From contig OZ024740.1 in the NCBI GenBank assembly GCA_964016885.1, positions 199,516,001 through 199,580,000 on the forward strand: a stretch of DNA of 64,000 nucleotides. Reading direction: 5' to 3'. The stretch is from Eledone cirrhosa (lineage: Eukaryota). Made by a program: the position numbers and the translations under genes. The notes beneath the pieces were generated by a model that was given only the letters and a program-made list of their open reading frames with translations, was not told the DNA's origin and searched no databases. Below are positions 29,301 through 42,446 of the stretch, piece after piece. The stretch's first letter is position 1; each line of letters starts with the position of its first letter.

Positions 29301-30190
29301 ATGGGTTCCATCAAGGTTGAGTAAGCAGGTCACTAATTTGTGATCCGAATAGCCAAGCATGAGCATCTTTGGACAACTTAACATGTCCATATCCTTATTT
29401 CTAACTAGGACCCTATCTAGGTACGACCTAGATGATCCGCTGCGGTTTGCCCAAGTCAGTTTGGCGCAGTCGGAAAATCTAGTCGATATCTATCGGCCAG
29501 GTCAAATCGGCCGATTAACTCCTTGAGGCTGTTACACCGCCCACTATTGGGACATGCCCCTACATAGTCCCACGTGCATCTAGGATACCATTCCAGTCCC
29601 CCACTAAGAGCAAGGAGCGGGACGTCCCCAGAAAAGTCTCCAAACGTTGTAAGAAATCCGGCCGCGCTGACCCAAAAGGGGCGTAGGTGGCGACTAGTCT
29701 AAAGGCTCCGCCTTCACCACTGCCAACGTTTAAAATCACCAGTCGACCGTCCGGGTCCAGGTGTACCGTCTGTGCGGCGGGACCCAGATGTTTTCGCAGC
29801 AGAACGGCAACCCCACCCCCACCTCCGGGTTGACAGAGAGATGCGTGCATCTCAAAGTAGTCAAAGGTGAGGTCTAGCTGGCGCACGCTGCTGCTCCGGG
29901 CCTCGCAAATGACCATCACATTTATACAGTGTGATCTGAGGTCATTTAGAAGTTTTGCTTGCTTCCAATATGAGCTCCGGCTACGCGCATTTAGACAAGC
30001 CACTCTCAATACAGCCATGTTGGTGGTAAAGAGAAAAAGGAGGCACCTACCTCTCTGCGTCCCGGGGACGAGGTTGCACAATTTCCATGGGTGTGGGTGG
30101 AGGGGTTTTTGGGTGGGGGGATTGTTGTGGTAGATTGGGGGCATCAGTGTGTGGTGGGGTTGGGGTGTTTGGAGTTGTGTGGGTGGCAGA
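26376..30190 (-). mobile_element. Tx1/L1-clade non-LTR retrotransposon, ORF2 complete in extent but decayed, ORF1 absent
   Basis: APE and RT motifs in order; AATAAA-containing 3' end at about 26380-26395. Confidence 0.9.
26600..30018 (-). pseudogene. Tx1-like ORF2: apurinic-type endonuclease + reverse transcriptase + C-terminal Cys/His region, multiple frameshifts
   Basis: MAVLRVACLNARS, LLLVGDWN, KSPGLDGLPYELY, RSIHDNL, KAFDRV, IRQGCP, AYADD, KGGLG, AWQCYRGALPVREKL. Confidence 0.9.
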
Positions 30191-31575
30191 ATAAAGTAGT
30201 GTCAAATATAGTGCTTACAATAACTAGTTGCATACATTATGTTCAACTTCTTTTATGCAACTCTCTTCCTGCCACTGTCGATAAACTAAACACCCGACCT
30301 ATGAACTAATGTGTAATGTCTTCATTAATCCATATACTGTATAACCTTACCTATTTTCTTAATCTGGGACAGTATAGCACACTACGAATTACGTCTACAA
30401 TACATGCTATGTGTTCTCATAATTTCCATTTACTCAACTTTCACCACATGTGCTGTGCGACGTGAAGTTATTATAATGTCACCGTTCACATGATATCGCG
30501 CAGTCAAATTACAATTGCGACGTGAACGTATTAATTCTCACCAATGTCTGTATCTACATTGAAATATAGCAGACATTGGGTAAGTGAACAACGTCTATGC
30601 TTTTGAGTTTGTTCTCATTTTATATTTTCCCGTTATTTTGTAGCTGCCTCACTCATACAGCAATATAGACTTGATCCCACACCACATAGCTTCCATCCAT
30701 TTTGTGATTCTAAACTTCTGATGGTATAGCAGCACCCTCAAATTTTCTGGTGGTATAGCCTAGCTACCGTACTCTTGCCTGATTAAAGCGGATTTATTTC
30801 AGAGAAAAGAGGTGAGACAGAGTGTGTGTGATATTGAAGTGGGATATAGAGTTAAATCCTTCCTAATAATTAAGGTATCAATGTCGAAAGGATGAGATGC
30901 AAAATTGATATCGGTTGTTTTTGAAATAAAAAAAAACCAACAACCATAAGTATATCATTCAAGTTTAAGGATCCAGTAGATTTATCCACGATATTCTACA
31001 TATAAACCAATGTATGAGTGGGTTCAACCAAGTCATTCTATTAAAATGCTCAGCTAGGAATGACCAAACGCTGAATAAAAAAACCTATGAACTTCAATAC
31101 ACACGCTATTATAATATAAGGATAATAATGATACGTGCAAAAACTTGCTGTGATTGCATGATTCAGTGTAGACGCACGTATGAATTTGTGTTGTGAAAAT
31201 GTTTGTAAGTAACATACATAACTCAATATATATATATAAACAACTTTTAATTCAGGGATACATAAAGATTAAAGATATTCGTAGAAAAGATATTCGTAGT
31301 GATTAAGAAAAATAAAGACCAAGAAAGATCGATTTAAGTTGTATGAAATTTACATCACTGGTAATAATAAATGAAGATAGAAAAAATAATTAATTCATGT
31401 AATTATAGAAATAATATTTGGCATTTGTAACTAAACAATTAGGTATTGTTGTAACACAATCTTATCAGATTAATTATTATAAAGCTATTATTCAAACATA
31501 AACACACATACTTCCTAACATCATAGCTGGGAGTTGAATCGGAAGGTATCATATATTGTTCTCTGTATGAATATA

Positions 31576-31607
<32 letters not shown>

Positions 31608-31614
31608 AAATATT

Positions 31615-31835
31615 TAAAAGAATTGAGGTGTAACACACGAGTTATGATATATTGGTAAACGGAAAAGAAAATGCTGACAAATTGTTCACAGTGAAAAATA
31701 GTTTAATTAGGAATAATTGAAAATTAGTAATAGTATTGGTTAGTATTCAGTTTTGGTTTTAAGTTTTACCGGTTGCGCATTTCTAATGCTTTTCAAAAAT
31801 AATTTTGAGATAGAGCGTCCGTGATGTTTGCTCTA
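31615..31835 (-). repeat. pLTR-like family F copy (with variant HHR at 31764-31799)
   Basis: Reverse complement of about 19190-19413. Confidence 0.75.
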
Positions 31836-31989
31836 ATCTGATTAGTTTTGGAAATTCTAGCTGTTTTTATGTGAAAAAATTGGGTCCAGAGGTATTAAAA
31901 TAAATTTCGCGCCAATTCGTGTTGCAAAAATTCTCGTGGTCAAAACAATTTTGATTGGTCGGTAGAGGTCATGTGAATGTTAAAAATTG

Positions 31990-32021
<32 letters not shown>

Positions 32022-32079
32022 TTTTTTTTTGAATATATATATGATATATACATATGATTTTTGTTGTGGACGGTAAGCA

Positions 32080-32545
32080 GGGGGTGGGCAGGTCCTGGGT
32101 GTACCTTAAAGGTGATACCGACATCATTTAGGCAAAGCTGATGGAATATGAACAAGTTTTTCTTGTCGACCCCAATAGTCAAGGCCTGACATGCTATTTC
32201 ATGATTGACCTTTGGGGAGCTTCAATTTTCATGATACTTTGTTTTTTGTGGGGGACAACAGTGGACAATAGTTTTCAAGGTGTGGTCGGCAAAAGTCGAG
32301 AAGGATGATAGTGTTGATATCTCTCAACTGGATGGTTCTAAGAATGCAGGAACACACTCTACAGGTCATGTCAGCTCTGCTGTTATATGAGTGGCCCAGC
32401 TTATGTTCTTGTTCACAATTACTCCCAATCTCCCAAATCCCCCAAATCTCCCAAATCAAGGTAGATGGCATCAGAGTGGGAGCCCTCTCCCAAAGCTCTC
32501 AAAATGTTATCAAAGTGATTTAGTAGTTGCGTTACGTAATCATTT
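32080..32545 (-). pseudogene. Internally deleted CR1/L2-like LINE RT fragment
   Basis: TQLLNHFDNILRALGEGSHSDAIYLD and CSCILRTIQLRD...RPHLENYCPLLSP resemble CR1/L2-group RT motifs. Confidence 0.7.
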
Positions 32546-32590
32546 CCATTGCGGAACCCGCCCATATATGTATATATATATATATATAAT

Positions 32591-32691
<101 letters not shown>

Positions 32692-33184
32692 TTTGACCGC
32701 CAACACCGGGGGTTACCTCCCTTCAGGAAAACCACGTGACTACTGGCCGTGTTTACTGCTAGTAGTCACAACCGGGGCGCACTAGAACGTAAACTTATTG
32801 ACGAAGTAAATTCCACTGTTCTATCTTCCAAAACCAATAACTTGCAGGCCCCTGCAGGCTCCTGCAAGTGGATTTTCTTGATTTCCGATTTACAGAAACC
32901 TAGCGGAGGTATTATATATTATATGTGATATATATTATATATTATATATTATAGATTATATGATATATCAACGCGACGGTCCAGGTTTGTCATATTTTCA
33001 TGAGTCCAGTTTTTTCGTCGTTTTGGTCACTGCGGCTCGCCTATCGGTGGCTGTTTTCAATTTGCAAAGCTGTCTAAACCTAATGTTATAACTCTAAGGT
33101 AATATACCTTATTGAGTGCTTTTGTGCACACCCCGATTGCATTCGTTAGCTTAGCTGCAGCCAGAGTTTCTATCATGCTGTACT

Positions 33185-33275
<91 letters not shown>

Positions 33276-33310
33276 GTTTATGTATATATATATGTATATG
33301 TATATATACA

Positions 33311-33427
<117 letters not shown>

Positions 33428-34094
33428 GTATCTATATATATACATATATATATATATGTTTATATATATACATATACGCTTATATATATAGAGATATATT
33501 TATATATATGTATATATGTGTGTGTGTGTATGTGCGTCTGTATGTGTGTGTGTGTCTGTGTTTGTGGCTGTGTGTGTGTCATTAGTTGTGCGTGTGTGTC
33601 CGTGTCCGTGTGAACGCGCGTGTTTATTTTCGCCAATTATATTGACGCGTAATCTACATTTTGTAAAAAAATATTGAAAAAAATGTTTCTATCACCATTT
33701 CTTTTCCTAAAGCTTATCCTCTGTGTAATATTTTTTGACTGGGACAATTCTACTTTAAGATAGAAATACTTTCCTGTCTGAAGTTGTTATTTACTCTTAC
33801 TTATATTTTAACGTGGGTTTTAAAGATGAGAATTTGGATGTTTGACTAACCAAACTTCTGAACCTAATTTCCGACTGGCGAATTAATGTGTAAGGTTTCG
33901 AGTATTCCACAAGCATGTCTTCCCCTAACGTAATTCCGAAAGGTTTCTGCGCAATCCCGCCTACACAATTTCGCTAACGAAGCTTTAGTCGATCCATCAT
34001 AAAGATACGTACAGAAACAAGAGTGTGTATATACACATATATACAATATATATGTATGTATGAGTATGTGTACGTATGTATATATGTATATATA

Positions 34095-35102
34095 TATATG
34101 GAAAGAGTCAGGAGCCCGACAGCTGTTCTCCTGCCGTTTCGAGAGTTAATTCCAGTAATTATGTCCGGCATAGAAATAACCTGAACAATAACACAGTACA
34201 AGACCATGCAGCAAGTCACACTAATAATATCAATAATAATAATGCTGCTCACCATAACCATAATACTGGAAGTAGAAACAGAAACAACCACTCAAATGCA
34301 TACCCCCTTAACCAGTATACTAGTTACCAAAACAATTGTAATTTTAGGCCTAACAAGACATGCCCATTAAATAGGAACTGCCTAATTACAAACATTGTCT
34401 AGTCCGGTACTGTAACCGCTAATCACATTTCGAAAGTTTATATAGGCTCAACATCGAATAGCTTTAAGACCAGATACAATTCACATCTTTATACGTTCAG
34501 AAACCCTAAAATTAGCAACGTAACCTCACTATCCACATATATACACTCATTAAGATCAAGTAACATACCATACACCTTAAAATGGGAAGTGATAGCTAAG
34601 GCCCCTTCATATAGACCACCTAACAAATGTTGTAACCTTTGCATCCTCGTATCTAAAAATATTATTCACTCTAACCTTAGCCTACTAAATAGGAAATCAG
34701 AGATCTTCTACACGTGTCCAAATTACCATAGATTCTCGTTCCACTATTTCAAACTTAGTAACTAATAATAATAATAATAATAAAAATAAAAATAAAGACC
34801 AATGCCGGAGATTTAACACTAGACTACCACCTTTTAATGTATCCAACTATACCTTCATGAATATAGGACTACGTCTTAATTAAAAGACAACACTAACCTA
34901 CATAAGGTCAATAAACGCCGGTTTGATCTGTTACTCATACAATTAAAATATTTAAATAACATAGAAACTTTAATAAACTCTCAATATACAACATCAACTA
35001 AATAACAGACAACTGTGTATATAACACCAATTACTCCAGTATATATTATGCAACTCACTATCCTGTCATAAAAAAACTTCAACTATCTCTACACAATCTG
35101 TA

Positions 35103-35145
<43 letters not shown>

Positions 35146-36420
35146 CTGTGTATGTGTGTGTATGTATATACATATGTGTGTGTGTATATGCATATATATA
35201 TGCATTCTCACACATGTATATACCTTATATTATATATACATATACTAACTATGTAAAAACTATCTAGTTATAATAAACTAAATAAAACATGTGTTAACCC
35301 CCCCCCCCCCCACACACACACGTTTAAAAGATCACAACTATATAACCAATGATATTTTATATTTTATATACTCTAGAATGATTAATTTATAACACTACCA
35401 CAATATTAAAACAACCCTTAATTTATCAACAACCTTAATTACCTCCCTTAGTTATTAACACCATTTACCACTTTCTGTGTAAACTTATAAAATTAAGCAA
35501 CATAACGGTTTACCAACAGTTTAATAACGGTTAATAAAAACCATAGAAAAGATAATCTGTAGATAAACAAATGCATAAAATAATATACCTAAAATAACAA
35601 CATGACCAGTAATTCAGCGGAATTTAGATTTAACAAACAAACACCTATTGACTATAAACGACTCAAAATAATCACATGGTTAATGGCTGTGAGTTACAAA
35701 CAACACAAACACATACATACCAACTACAACACAAAATCACTGAAATGAAAATCATATACACAACTCTATCACGTGATTTGCATTACACCTTACATAACAA
35801 ATACTTACATTATCACCACATGCTTCTCTAACAAATTGTATACAATCTTAAATATTTATAACAATTATAACATGCTCTGACATCCCACATAAAATATGTT
35901 TATGTCAAGTACCTTATAACTCTTTCCTCATACTTGCCTATTGACTGTATTGACTCTTGCATTGTACAGCAATTTCCCTTTCTTATAACGTTTTTGCTTG
36001 TGTTTTTTTTTTAGCTTGTGATTTTTTGCTTGCGCTTTTTTCTTATACCTATTACACATCCAACCAGTGCTGCCTGTAATTGTGTTCTTTCAAGCAGAAC
36101 ATCTTTTTAACTCCTGACTCTCCACATGATGTCTATGACACTAACAAAAATTATGTACCCTAAATGTTCTCAAGGACTAGAATTTTAGTAACATGTTTCG
36201 ACATTACTTATGCATCGATGAAACCAGACTTGCCTCTGGAAGAAACAATTGTCAGCAAATAAATGTTCTAAACTAAATTTTGATCGTTTTAACACTTTTA
36301 TTTCGGCTCTGTAAAAACACTTGAAAATTTGCATTGAGACTTTTGTCATACAGGTAACAGGCTAGTACTTAGTACTACCCTACATATTTATAGCTATATC
36401 AAACATATATAAATATAAAT
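34095..36420 (+). mobile_element. PLE-4: 5'-truncated Penelope-like element (GIY-YIG + long 3' UTR + HHR)
   Basis: CNFRPNKTCPLNRNCLITNIV*...YIGSTSNSFKTRYNSH...LKWEVI...CNLC...LLNRKSE (about 34330-34765); (TA)n flanks. Confidence 0.85.
36211..36257 (+). ncRNA. Degenerate hammerhead motif in the PLE-4 pLTR (C at position 4)
   Basis: tgca-TCGATGA-aa-CCAGA-cttgcc-TCTGG-aa-GAAA-caattg-TC-agca; palindromic stem III ACAATTGT. Confidence 0.55.
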
Positions 36421-36422
36421 AT

Positions 36423-36513
<91 letters not shown>

Positions 36514-36557
36514 TATAAATATATATATATATATATAAAAATATATATATATTAATT

Positions 36558-36636
<79 letters not shown>

Positions 36637-36650
36637 TATATATATTAATT

Positions 36651-36695
<45 letters not shown>

Positions 36696-36825
36696 TATAT
36701 ATATTTATACATATTATATATATATATGTATATTAATATATATATTTATACATATTATATATATATATGTATGTTAATATATATATTTATACATATTATA
36801 TATATATGTATATATATATATATAC

Positions 36826-36929
<104 letters not shown>

Positions 36930-36998
36930 CTGAAATCGAGGATAACAACATCTAGACAATCAATACATTAGTTGAAATTAAACACCATTATTAAATAT

Positions 36999-37099
36999 CC
37001 CGCCGAAGTTGACTTTGCCTTTCATCCTTACGGGGTCGATAAAATAAAGTACCAGTAATGCTCTGGGTAATTGCTGGCCTTGTGCCTAAAGTAGAAACA
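36999..37099 (+). mobile_element. 5'-truncated SINE S1 with TSD
   Basis: ATTATTAAATAT at 36987-36998 and 37100-37111. Confidence 0.88.
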
Positions 37100-37518
37100 A
37101 TTATTAAATATTGCTGGTGTTTTCATACGTATGATATAGTAATAGTCCTGTAGAAAGCATATATATCTATCTATCTATGAGTGCGTGGGTGTGAAGATTA
37201 TTTAATTTTATTGATACTTGTGGGCCTCTATATAAACGTTTTTTTAGTGAAATAAAAATATATGAAACGCAACCACAAATATTGTGTGGGTATATAGATA
37301 CTTGTATTCACATAAACATAAATGAAAACATTTATATATGAGCATATGTATATATATATTTATAAATATATATATATATATACAGCCGTCGAAACGGCTT
37401 GAGCTCAGCCGTCGGGATCTTACTTGTTCCTATTACCCACTCTACTACCCTAAGTATTGTGTACGTTGGTGCGTTATGGTCCACCTGGTTCCTTACCACT
37501 TTTCCTTCGTTATATATG

Positions 37519-37624
<106 letters not shown>

Positions 37625-37760
37625 GGGGGAGAGAGAGATAGATAGATATTCATACATACAAATAAGTACATATACTTACATATACGCTTATACATACACA
37701 TATACATTCATATATAAATATATATGTATATGTATATATGTATATATATGTATATATACG

Positions 37761-37791
<31 letters not shown>

Positions 37792-37796
37792 GTGTG

Positions 37797-37850
<54 letters not shown>

Positions 37851-38243
37851 TTTATATATATATATATACACACACACATATTTACATATACATATATACA
37901 TACGCATATATACATAGTACAAATCTATTATGCATAATATTGGAATATAGTGACATAGATACATAGCCCGATCGTACACAATTCCTTTCTTATTCATTGT
38001 TCTATTCCATTGGTATCCAGACTAATTAAAGATAATATGTCTTGCTATCTCCCTAAGCGAATTCTATTTCCATCAAAATTATTCTATGGAAGGAGATAAA
38101 ATGATGTTCGATATTTATTCGTATCAATCTGTCGGAGAACCTTAGTTAAATAATTGTAAACGGCTATTAATCTATTCATTCACGAATGCCTTTGTATTTT
38201 AAATTGCATTGAATTCAATTGCATTATTTGAACGAACCACATT

Positions 38244-38321
<78 letters not shown>

Positions 38322-38338
38322 TTTTTATTTTATAGAAG

Positions 38339-38391
38339 GAGCTTCTACAGGACTAGTACTGTTTCATTCAGATGAAATCTTCAGGAAGCTC
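38339..38391 (-). ncRNA. Type I hammerhead ribozyme, solo cassette in (TA)n
   Basis: rc: GAGCTTC-CTGAAGA-tttcatctgaat-GAAA-CAGtactagtcCTG-TA-GAAGCTC; 7-bp stem I, near-palindromic stem III, GUA triplet. Confidence 0.8.
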
Positions 38392-38602
38392 TTGTGTATA
38401 TATATATATATACACAATATATTTATATATGTATTTATAAACATATATATATATATAAACATATATATATATATAAAATATATATATATGTAGTAATAAT
38501 AATAAATTTGAAGACTAAAATCCAAAGAGAGCTCGATAAGTATAAATATATATCAAATATATAACAACCGTAGAGCAAATATTTATTAAAATAACAGATT
38601 CA

Positions 38603-38653
38603 AGTTTAAGCAAAGAATCGCTGCTTTCACCCTTAACGGGATCTTCTGAAACT
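38603..38653 (-). ncRNA. Hammerhead fold with U4A core (PLE-6 family)
   Basis: Reverse complement of the motif at 40237-40287. Confidence 0.6.
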
Positions 38654-40236
38654 AACAAAGTCAATCTGTAAACGCAGAAGTGGATATTTCAAAAAACGTT
38701 GCAACCGGAGGAAGACAGGAAGACGATACTTTGGTTCGTGGAATCGTTCCCTGGCAAAGAAGGGGAAAAAACGAATAAAATACGTCATTAATAGGAGCGG
38801 TGAAAAACAATTACGCGCAAAGACAGAACCACATTTATGGTATAAAAGAAGTCGTAGACTAATTTTCTCTTAGGTGGTTCATAGAGACGTTCTCTGGCAA
38901 TGAACGGAAAAAACGAAGATAATACGTCATATGTGGAGCGTGGAGAACAATTGCAAGCAAAGACAAAACCACGTAAAAGGTCTAGCTGAAGTCGTAGACT
39001 AAATTCTAACTAGGAAACCGAATGAATCTCCGCTACAGAGTTAAGAAAGGTAAATAAATACAATACAGAGGTAATAGAAATTAAATAAATGCATACACGC
39101 ATGCAAATACGTACATACACAAGCATACGGAAAATATTTGCCATAGGTATATAAAACCACACACATATAAATATGTGTGTGTGTGTGTGTGCGTGTATAC
39201 AAATAAATAAATAAATAAATAAATAAACGTATATAAATAAATAAATACGTATATAACAAGCGCACACACATACCTCCATGTAAATACACAAATGTTCGGA
39301 GACGTAAGTCAACCAAAACATGAAGTACACATATATACACACCCTACATACGTATGAACCTGCATACTCACGCAGACGCAAAACTCCCGTATACACATAA
39401 CCAAACCATATGTACCAGAATATAACGAAAAGTTATACGCCATAACATAAGCAATCAAATATTCTGGTACACATTTTCTAAATATTCTGATACATATGGT
39501 TTGGTTATGTGTATATGGGAGTTTTGCGTCTGCGTCTGTTTGCAGGTTCGTACGTATGTAGGGTGTGTATATATGTGTACTTCATGTTTTGGTTGACTTA
39601 CGTCTCCGAACATTTGTGTATTTACATGTAGGTATGTGTGTGCGCTTGTTATATACGTATTTATTTATTTATATACGTTTATTTATTTATTTGTATACAC
39701 GCACACGCACACACACATATTTATATTGCGTGGTTTTGTATACATATGGCAATTGTTTTGCGTATGCTTGTGTATGTACGTATTTGCATGCGTGTATGCA
39801 TTTATTTAATTTCTATTACCTCTGTATTGTATTTATTTACTTTTCTTAACTCTGTAGCGGAGATTCATTCGGTTTCCTAGTTAGAATTTAGTCTACGACT
39901 TCAGCTATACCATTTACGTGGTTTTGTCTTTGCTTGCAATTGTTCTCCACGCTCCACATATGACGTATTATCTTCGTTTTTTCCGTTCATTGCCAGAGAA
40001 CGTCTCTATGAACCCCCTAAGAGAACATTAGTCTACAACCTCTTTTATACCATAAACGTCGTTCTGTCTTTGCGCGTAATTGTTTTTCACCGCTCCTATT
40101 AATGACGTATTTTATTCGTTTTTTCCCCTTCTTTGCCAGGGAACGATTCCACGAACCAAAGTATCGTCTTCCTGTCTTCCTCCGGTTGCAACGTTTTTTG
40201 AAATATCCACTTCTGCGTTTACAGATTGACTTTGTT

Positions 40237-40287
40237 AGTTTCAGAAGATCCCGTTAAGGGTGAAAGCAGCGATTCTTTGCTTAAACT
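40237..40287 (+). ncRNA. Hammerhead fold with U4A core (PLE-6 family)
   Basis: AGTTT-CAGAAGA-t-CCC-gttaa-GGG-t-GAA-AGCA-gcgattctt-TGCT-T-AAACT; stems I, II and III all in register. Confidence 0.6.
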
Positions 40288-40329
40288 TTAATCTGTTATT
40301 TTAATAAATATATATATATATATATATAT

Positions 40330-40918
40330 CTAAGGCGGGTAAAATTCCCGAGATCCATGGACGAGTTCTCTCCAGCGGTCTCTGTCCCTCATTATCGCTG
40401 CCATATCCTGCATCTCCAACATACCAGTGTCTGTCCTTAGGGCATCAACATATGTTAACCTTGGTCTTCCTCTTCTAGTGTGTCCATGTAGGGGATGCCA
40501 AAGGAGCACTGAGTGCAATGTCAACTCCGGATGTCGGTGAGCATGTCCAGCCAACCTCAGTCTCCTCTCTGTCACTTTTGAGCTGACTTTTGGGATGCTC
40601 CCATACAGCTCTGAGTTTTTCATCCTCAGTGTATACTGATTAATGTTCAGAGCCATCCTCAGCATTCTCGTGTAGCACCCATCCACCATCTGAGTGAGTT
40701 TCTTGGTCAATGTCCAAGTCTCAGACCCATACAGCAGCACAGACTCCACTACAGCAATGAAGAGGCGGACTTTCAGGTCTCTACGAAGGTCCGACTTCCA
40801 CACCGATCTCAAGCTGTGGCACGCCGCCCAGGCCTTGCTCTTCCTCTCAACCACATCATCCTCCGTATTCCCAATCTTTGCTCCCAAATACAGGAAGTCC
40901 TCAACCAATTCCAGCCTT
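40330..40918 (-). mobile_element. 5'-truncated RTE-clade LINE 3' end (open frame)
   Basis: VEDFLYLGA, KVRLFIAVVESVLLYGSETWTL, YTRMLRMALN, RRLRLAGH, RRGRPRLTYVD, DRDRWR: typical RTE ORF C-terminus. Confidence 0.9.
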
Positions 40919-41245
40919 ATATACAACCAATTCCAACCTTATATACAGTGAAAAGGGGCTCCAGAATGCTAAATCTTGCAAACTTTATTTCGACCAATCG
41001 GTGTGTAGTTTCACTGAATAACTAAAGCTGATTGGTTTAGGCATCACGGTTGGTTGAGCATATCTAACGACCACTAATTGATTCTATCCAAGCATCAATT
41101 GTTTTGGTATTTTTAGAAATGCTGAAAATAGCATTTTCTAGTAATCATCACCATCAACATCACTTAAGTCGACATGGTCGTAGTCATAGTCATAGTAGAT
41201 GTAATACCCCTAAGCATTATTATTCCATTATATATATATATATAT

Positions 41246-41360
41246 GGCGTGTGGCAGAGTGGTTAGAGAATTGGATTCACAATCTTTAGGTTGTGAGTTC
41301 GATTCCTGAACCGGGCGATGCGTTATGTCCTTGAGCAAGACACTTTATTTCACGTTGCTC
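41246..41360 (+). mobile_element. tRNA-derived SINE head with CORE-like domain (different from S1)
   Basis: A box TGGCAGAGTGG, B box GTTCGATTCC, then tgtccttgagcaagacactt. Confidence 0.7.
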
Positions 41361-41509
41361 CTTCTACCTGGAGTTGCGACCGATAGATAGTAATAGCAAT
41401 TGGAAAGACCAACGGAAACATTGTTTCCTAGGTCCGATTTGACGAAAGTCGATCGATCCCCCAAAAAATATATATATGATTTAAACAGAACTTTGTTTCA
41501 TGTAATCTC

Positions 41510-41554
<45 letters not shown>

Positions 41555-41557
41555 TTA

Positions 41558-41596
<39 letters not shown>

Positions 41597-41600
41597 TAAT

Positions 41601-41785
41601 TGTTTCTACTTTAGGCACAAGGCCAGCAATAACCCAGTGCATTACTGGTACTTTATTTTATCGACCTCGTAAGGATGAAAGGCTAAGTCAACCTTAGCGG
41701 AATTTGAACTCAGATCGTAAAGGCACGTAACTATGCTGGAAAGCATGGCGTCCGACTCTCTACCGATACTGCCAATCTACCGCCC
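41601..41785 (-). mobile_element. SINE S1, full length, with TSD
   Basis: TATATATGTATATTAAT at 41584-41600 and 41786-41802. Confidence 0.9.
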
Positions 41786-41913
41786 TATATATGTATATTA
41801 ATAAGAAGTATTCCAACTTTGTCTGATTTACTCGTTTTATTTACAATCCTTTAAAATTTATAATGGTATTATAATGAAATAGTTTGATAGAATATTAAAT
41901 GTTAAGTGTTAAT

Positions 41914-41952
41914 TGAACAAGTACGTTCATGCTTTCGCAATCTTCAGGTTCA
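41914..41952 (-). ncRNA. Minimal hammerhead-like motif lacking stem II
   Basis: rc: TGAAC-CTGAAGA-ttgc-GAAA-gcatgaacgtac-TT-GTTCA. Confidence 0.55.
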
Positions 41953-42385
41953 TAATGTGTGGTGACAGTCAAGTTTGCAATTTTCAACTGTAATGAGATG
42001 GGTAAATTGTGTACCTTATATACAGTGAAAAGTGGCTCCAGAATGCTAAATCTTGCAAACTTTATTTCGACCAATCGGTGTGTAGTTTCACTGAATTACT
42101 AAAGCTGATTGGTTTGGGCGTCACGGTTGGTTGAGCATAACTAACGACCACTAATTGATTCTATCCAAAGCGTCAATTGTTTTGGTATTTTTAGAAATGC
42201 TGAAAATAGCATTTTCTAGTAATCAATCATCACCATCAACATCACTTAAGTCGACATGGTCGTAGTCATAGTCATAGTAGATGTAATACCCCTAAGCATT
42301 ATTATTATTCATTTAGCTTGGGTTTGAATTTACCAATAAAATTCTTTCTTTGATTATATATGTATATATATGTATGTGTATGTAC

Positions 42386-42445
<60 letters not shown>

Positions 42446-42446
<1 letters not shown>

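Larger units (their letters stand above)
38495..40311. mobile_element. ORF-less fold-back made of two inverted pLTRs of the PLE-6 family
   Basis: Arms 38578-39423 and 39482-40311 are reverse complements and match 59757-60560 and 62864-63255. Confidence 0.88.
40936..42305. repeat. About 290-bp direct repeat pair (40936-41225 and 42013-42305)
   Basis: Near-identical accttatatacagtg...cccctaagcattatt. Confidence 0.9.

Noticed and set aside
27366-30309. Plus-strand ORFs overlapping the Tx1 element (likewise antisense ORFs over the PLEs and RTEs)
   Set aside because: Antisense shadows of retroelement coding sequence.
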